Shown here: in pieces, positions 34,613 to 39,136 of the stretch
Numbering within the stretch: the stretch's first letter is position 1
Layout: each line of letters starts with the position of its first letter
NCBI RefSeq assembly: GCF_001194135.2
Contig: NC_068994.1
Span: 54,184,811-54,223,946 of the forward strand
Origin: Octopus bimaculoides
Taxonomy: Eukaryota
DNA length: 39,136 nucleotides
Direction: 5' to 3'
Notes under the pieces: model-generated
The model's database searches: none
The model's input: the letters and a program-made list of their open reading frames with translations, nothing else
Told to the model about the DNA's origin: nothing
Translations under genes and position numbers: made by a program

Positions 34613-35510
34613 AAAAAATAAATGAAACATAAAGCACTGAATGGAGTGCTTTTGATTTGAGCTCAAGTTCTCCTAAGGAACATCAGGAATACAACAGAAA
34701 ATTATTCCAGTATTTGACCCCCAATGTCTCCCGTTTTTGTTTGTAAGACTGAAGTGTGATTTGAGGGGTTGAACGAGAAGCGTTTGAAGCCGTATGAGTA
34801 GAACGTGGAAGATTAGATGTAATGAAAAATATGACCGGTGGAAGGATGCTGGATATGTGGATTCAGTGTGCCTCCTTTCATAGATAGGATGGATGGACAG
34901 ACGGACGGACGGACGGACGGACGGATGGATGGACGGACGGACGGACAGACAGACGGACGGACACATACACACACAATTGATACAAGGAATCAGTTCTGAA
35001 ACTTTGGTTTTCACTTCTTGCCACATATATAATTCTTGCTATCACTCTGTGTATTTTCTTTCTTGGAGCGGTAATGCCCAGTTCCAAAAGAACCACCACC
35101 ACAATTGAACCATATTACAATGGAATCATGGGATAGCACCACAATGTGGCATATCCATATGTCTGCTATCTTACTCAACACAAGCTGACTAAAAAGAATT
35201 TTGTATTTTCAGTCGTTTTAATGGCCATTGGGAATTCAATGCAGCCTGTTTTGTATGTGAGGGGGGGGGGGACAGGTGAATGGTAAATTTCTTAACAACA
35301 ACAAACCTTATAGAAAGGCTTCATTCTTTCAGACTTCTGTTTCTTCTTTGCCATTTTTGACTAACATGGAGAGACAAATTGTCTCCATTGAAATCATTTA
35401 ATATCAACAATGAAAGTTTAAAATGTCACCTGATATATATGTCACCTGATATATATGGCTCCTGAAAAGAGTAGATGAACTAACGCATGCAAGCATATGC
35501 ATGCACACGT

Positions 35511-35544
<34 letters not shown>

Positions 35545-35754
35545 TGCATCATCAGCTATCTGTCAAGGTAACAAGTGGCATACCGGAATGGTTAGGCTGG
35601 CAGAATGACCTGCACATATGTCTTGAATTCTAATTCACAGCAGGGTTCCAATTTCCTGATAAGGAATTTTTTTGTTTCTTATATGGCATCAAAGTACGCA
35701 AAAGTGTAGTAGTGATGGTGGTAATGGTAGTGGGGATGACTATTTATTTTACGT

Positions 35755-35935
35755 AGGGGTGCAGGCATGGCTTTGAGATGGAAGAAGCTTGCTTCCTAAC
35801 CATGTGGTTTCTGGTTTTCCAGTTCAGTCCCACTGCATGGTACTTTGGACAAGTGTCTTTTTTACAACAGCCTTGAACCAATGAAAATCTTGTGAGTAGA
35901 TTTGGTAAACGGAAACTGAAAGAGTCAGTCATATG
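35755..35935 (+). mobile_element. Family A SINE 5' half
   Basis: GGTGCAGGCATGGCT...AGTTCAGTCCCACTGCATGGTACTTTGGACAAGTGTCTT...GATTTGGTAAACGGAAACTGAAAGA. Confidence 0.82.
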
Positions 35936-36310
35936 TATATCACAGGTATGTGCCATCAGTAATTGCTTAGGGTAGGCAGTTGCTGACGTTTATGTAGTAA
36001 AACATTAAAAAAAATAAGTGAAACACAGGCCCGCGACTGAGTTGGAGGCAGAATTAATTCTGCCTTCATAGCATGTAAAGAAAATGTTGTTGTAGGAATG
36101 TACACAGCTCGTGTACTATAGCAGTACTATGCGTAGCTTAAATACTGAGATTGAAAGGCAGAGGAGAATTATGCCTACCTAATCTATAAAAAAATAAGAT
36201 ATTTTGCATTTTATACATAGTAATCAGAGTAACCTTCATAATTTTATTGAATTAGGTGTATATTTTGTCATAAAAGGAAAATGTTACTATTGATCTATTT
36301 TATTCAGCAT

Positions 36311-36405
36311 AGACACCTGATGAAGGCTGGAGGGCATATCAGCCAAAACGTTGTGTTAACAACAAACAAGATGAGGACAAATATCCAACAAATGTAAATA
36401 ATGTA
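36311..36405 (+). mobile_element. Short hammerhead-bearing repeat, copy 2
   Basis: Near-identical to the reverse complement of 6908-7002. Abuts the Helitron fragment at 36405/36406. Confidence 0.75.
36312..36357 (+). ncRNA. Type-I hammerhead ribozyme motif with a G12A core mutation
   Basis: GACAC-CTGATGA-A-GGCTG gagggcatat CAGCC-AAAA-CG-TT-GTGTT: palindromic ACGT stem III and GUU triplet, but GAAA is mutated to AAAA. Confidence 0.65.
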
Positions 36406-36850
36406 TACACCATCCACTGTTTTCAAATCTTCATAAATTTGAGCTCCAGCAACATGCAACAGCAACAGTCTCAAGTAAAATCATTCCTCATCCTTCGGGC
36501 TAATGGTGTACAATCTGGAGATGACTTTATCGCCTCTTCTTTGTCTGCGCTTTCATACAGTAATCTGCTTATTGAAGACATAACTGTATGGAATATCTGA
36601 ATAATGCAAGCTCCGGGCATTTCCATCTCTTTGATACCAAACTGTCAGTGGTGTGTTCTTCTGTGTTGCTCTCTCAAGTGCCTGACTCTCTTGACCCTCT
36701 TCAAAGTATACAAGTGGCAGCTGGATAGGCGGACGAATAACTGAATGAGATCTGACATGCATTTTATTCTCAAGCAGGTGCCACATACTTTCTGGAGCGC
36801 TCACATGCATAGCATCTAAATGGTTGCATATTTCATTCTGCATAATCCCA
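36406..36850 (-). pseudogene. Helitron Rep/helicase polyprotein fragment (region between Rep and helicase domains)
   Basis: One frame: NEICNHLDAMHVSAPESMWHLLENKMHVRSHSVIRPPIQLP...LTVW...ARSLHYSDIPYSYVF...*KRRQRRGDKVISRLYTISPKDEE*FYLRLLLLHVAGAQIYEDLKTVDGV. Matches Helitron RYVSAPEAxWR, LYxxIPxxYVF and ERxxLRLLLLHVxG...DLKTVDG motifs. TGA stops at 36553-36555 and 36481-36483. Confidence 0.9.
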
Positions 36851-37162
36851 TTTCTACAGCTGGATGTGCTTCTTAACGCCAACCACTCCTAGAGTGTTGT
36901 AGGTGCTCTGTACATGCTATTGGCATGGGGGCCAGTCAGGGGGTACTGACATCAACTATGTTTGCATGGAGCTTTTTATGTGCCACCAGCACAGGAGCCA
37001 GTCAGTGGGGTACTGGCATCGGCCCCATTCGGATGGTGCCACTGGTACAGGAGCCAGTCAGAGGGTACTGGCATCGGCCACTTTCGGATAGTGCTTTTTA
37101 TGTGCCATCAGCACAGGAGCCTGTCAGGGGGCCACTGGCCACAGCTACGATATTGGTTAGTG
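36851..37162 (-). mobile_element. Family B retroposon lacking its tail, with four ~66-bp internal units
   Basis: TTTCTACAGCTGGATGTGCTTCTTAACGCCAACCACT, then units at about 36904, 36970, 37037 and 37092 (third unit has an 11-nt deletion). Confidence 0.88.
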
Positions 37163-37352
37163 TATATATATATATATATATATATATGTTTTTAAGCCCT
37201 TAAGTACTCTCATCCTATTCTCCAGACAAAAACACCAAAACAAAACAAAGAAAAAAATTGTTATCAGTTATGTTTCTCATCGAATCAAATGAAAGAAAAC
37301 AGAATAACTGACAATCTCTTGGAATATCAAATACACACACATACACACACAC

Positions 37353-37409
<57 letters not shown>

Positions 37410-38133
37410 AATATTTATATATACATGCATACATACATACATACATATATATNNNNNNNNNNNNNNNNNNNNNNNNNNNNNNNNNNNNNNNNNNNNNNNN
37501 NNNNNNNNNNNNNNNNNNNNNNNNNNNNNNNNNNNNNNNNNNNNNNNNNNNNNNNNNNNNNNNNNNNNNNNNNNNNNNNNNNNNNNNNNNNNNNNNNNNN
37601 NNNNNNNNNNNNNNNNNNNNNNNNNNNNNNNNNNNNNNNNNNNNNNNNNNNNNNNNNNNNNNNNNNNNNNNNNNNNNNNNNNNNNNNNNNNNNNNNNNNN
37701 NNNNNNNNNNNNNNNNNNNNNNNNNNNNNNNNNNNNNNNNNNNNNNNNNNNNNNNNNNNNNNNNNNNNNNNNNNNNNNNNNNNNNNNNNNNNNNNNNNNN
37801 NNNNNNNNNNNNNNNNNNNNNNNNNNNNNNNNNNNNNNNNNNNNNNNNNNNNNNNNNNNNNNNNNNNNNNNNNNNNNNNNNNNNNNNNNNNNNNNNNNNN
37901 NNNNNNNNNNNNNNNNNNNNNNNNNNNNNNNNNNNNNNNNNNNNNNNNNNNNNNNNNNNNNNNNNNNNNNNNNNNNNNNNNNNNNNNNTGTGTGTGTGTG
38001 TGTGTGTGTGTGTGTGCATGCATGTATGTGTGTGATCAATATTTTGCCAATATACATATATATATATGTATATACATAAATACATATATGTGTGTGTGTG
38101 TGTGTGTGTGTGTACATATATATATATATATAT

Positions 38134-38174
<41 letters not shown>

Positions 38175-38906
38175 TGATGGATGGATGGATGGATGGATGG
38201 ATGGATGGACGGACATGATGGATGCATATGCACAGACACACACAAACACACACATGGTGATGCAGAAACACATACACTATATACACTGCTAAATAGATTC
38301 AGGTCATTTACTCCAAGAGAAATCATTTTGGATCCAACAACAACAGCAACAACAACAACACCATCCAGATCCTTACATTGTTGTATGAAATGTTTCATCT
38401 ATTTTCGTTACTCCTTTACATATCTTTTAAAAATTCTATCATTATCATCATCATCATCACCATCATCAAAATTATGATTATCACCATTATCATCGTCATC
38501 ATCATCATTCTCATCATTGTCGTCATCATCATCATCATTATCATTATTACTACTACTATTGTTGTTGTTGTTGTTGTTTGGGATTGTGATATGAGAAAAC
38601 ATTTTCGGTCTGTTCAAGATTTCATTTCCTCCTGCCAATTTGGCAGAAAATCAACAGTTTTAGAGGTATTTTGTCGACGCTGATAATCATCTTTACATCT
38701 GGGATTATATATCCCATCATCTTAAAATTGATTTGATGCTTTTATATCATCAATTGAATCAAATCAATCGATCCAAGTTAATATTCTCATTGCTACTCTC
38801 TCTGTCTCACTCATTTTCTCTCCCTCTCTCTGTGTCTATCTGTCTGTCTGTCTCCTTTCAGTAGTCTACTGAAATAATAACAAAAACACTACTACTATTA
38901 ATGATA

Positions 38907-38939
<33 letters not shown>

Positions 38940-39136
38940 GGAAAATATTAGTGATGAAGATGATAATGAGGATGATGCTGATGATGATGATGACAATGAT
39001 GATGATGATACCAATAATTATTATAATTATGGTAATGATAGCAATATTATTGGTCACATTAATAACGAAACAAAATGAAACAAAAAACAACCTCACAAAA
39101 TTCAAAAGAACATAAACTATATTTATTCATATATAT

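Noticed and set aside
34994-35136. Hydrophobic stretch LWFSLLATYIILAITLCIFFLGAVM resembling a transmembrane exon
   Set aside because: The acceptor is weak, the phase is incompatible with the next candidate exon, and T-rich DNA gives such stretches by chance.
38614-38721. Minus-strand 35-codon reading DDGIYNPRCKDDYQRRQNTSKTVDFLPNWQEEMKS*
   Set aside because: Poor polypyrimidine tract, no recognisable homology, and the length is within chance expectation.

Overview
This is eukaryotic, AT-rich, repeat-saturated draft-assembly DNA with 13 N-gaps. The SINE families and microsatellite density suggest an octopod cephalopod such as Octopus (inference from family recognition, not a search). No intact protein-coding gene can be supported, and almost every ORF in the supplied track is an artefact of microsatellites or N-runs. 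The window holds about 35 copies or fragments of four SINE-like families and decayed coding fossils of two RTE LINEs, two R4/Dong-type restriction-like-endonuclease LINEs and one Helitron. It also holds MITE ends, a 22-bp minisatellite and a ~123-bp tandem repeat with a faint codon signature. The most interesting signal is a set of small type-I hammerhead ribozyme (HHR) motifs of the kind associated with Penelope-like elements and retrozymes. Two copies of one HHR-bearing repeat each carry a different defect (6956-7001 minus, 36312-36357 plus). An unrelated U4C-variant HHR lies in both arms of a perfect 96-bp palindrome (21920-22015). Weaker candidates are at 554-600, 21327-21731 and about 24970. 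All structures were read by eye and none was folded computationally or tested.
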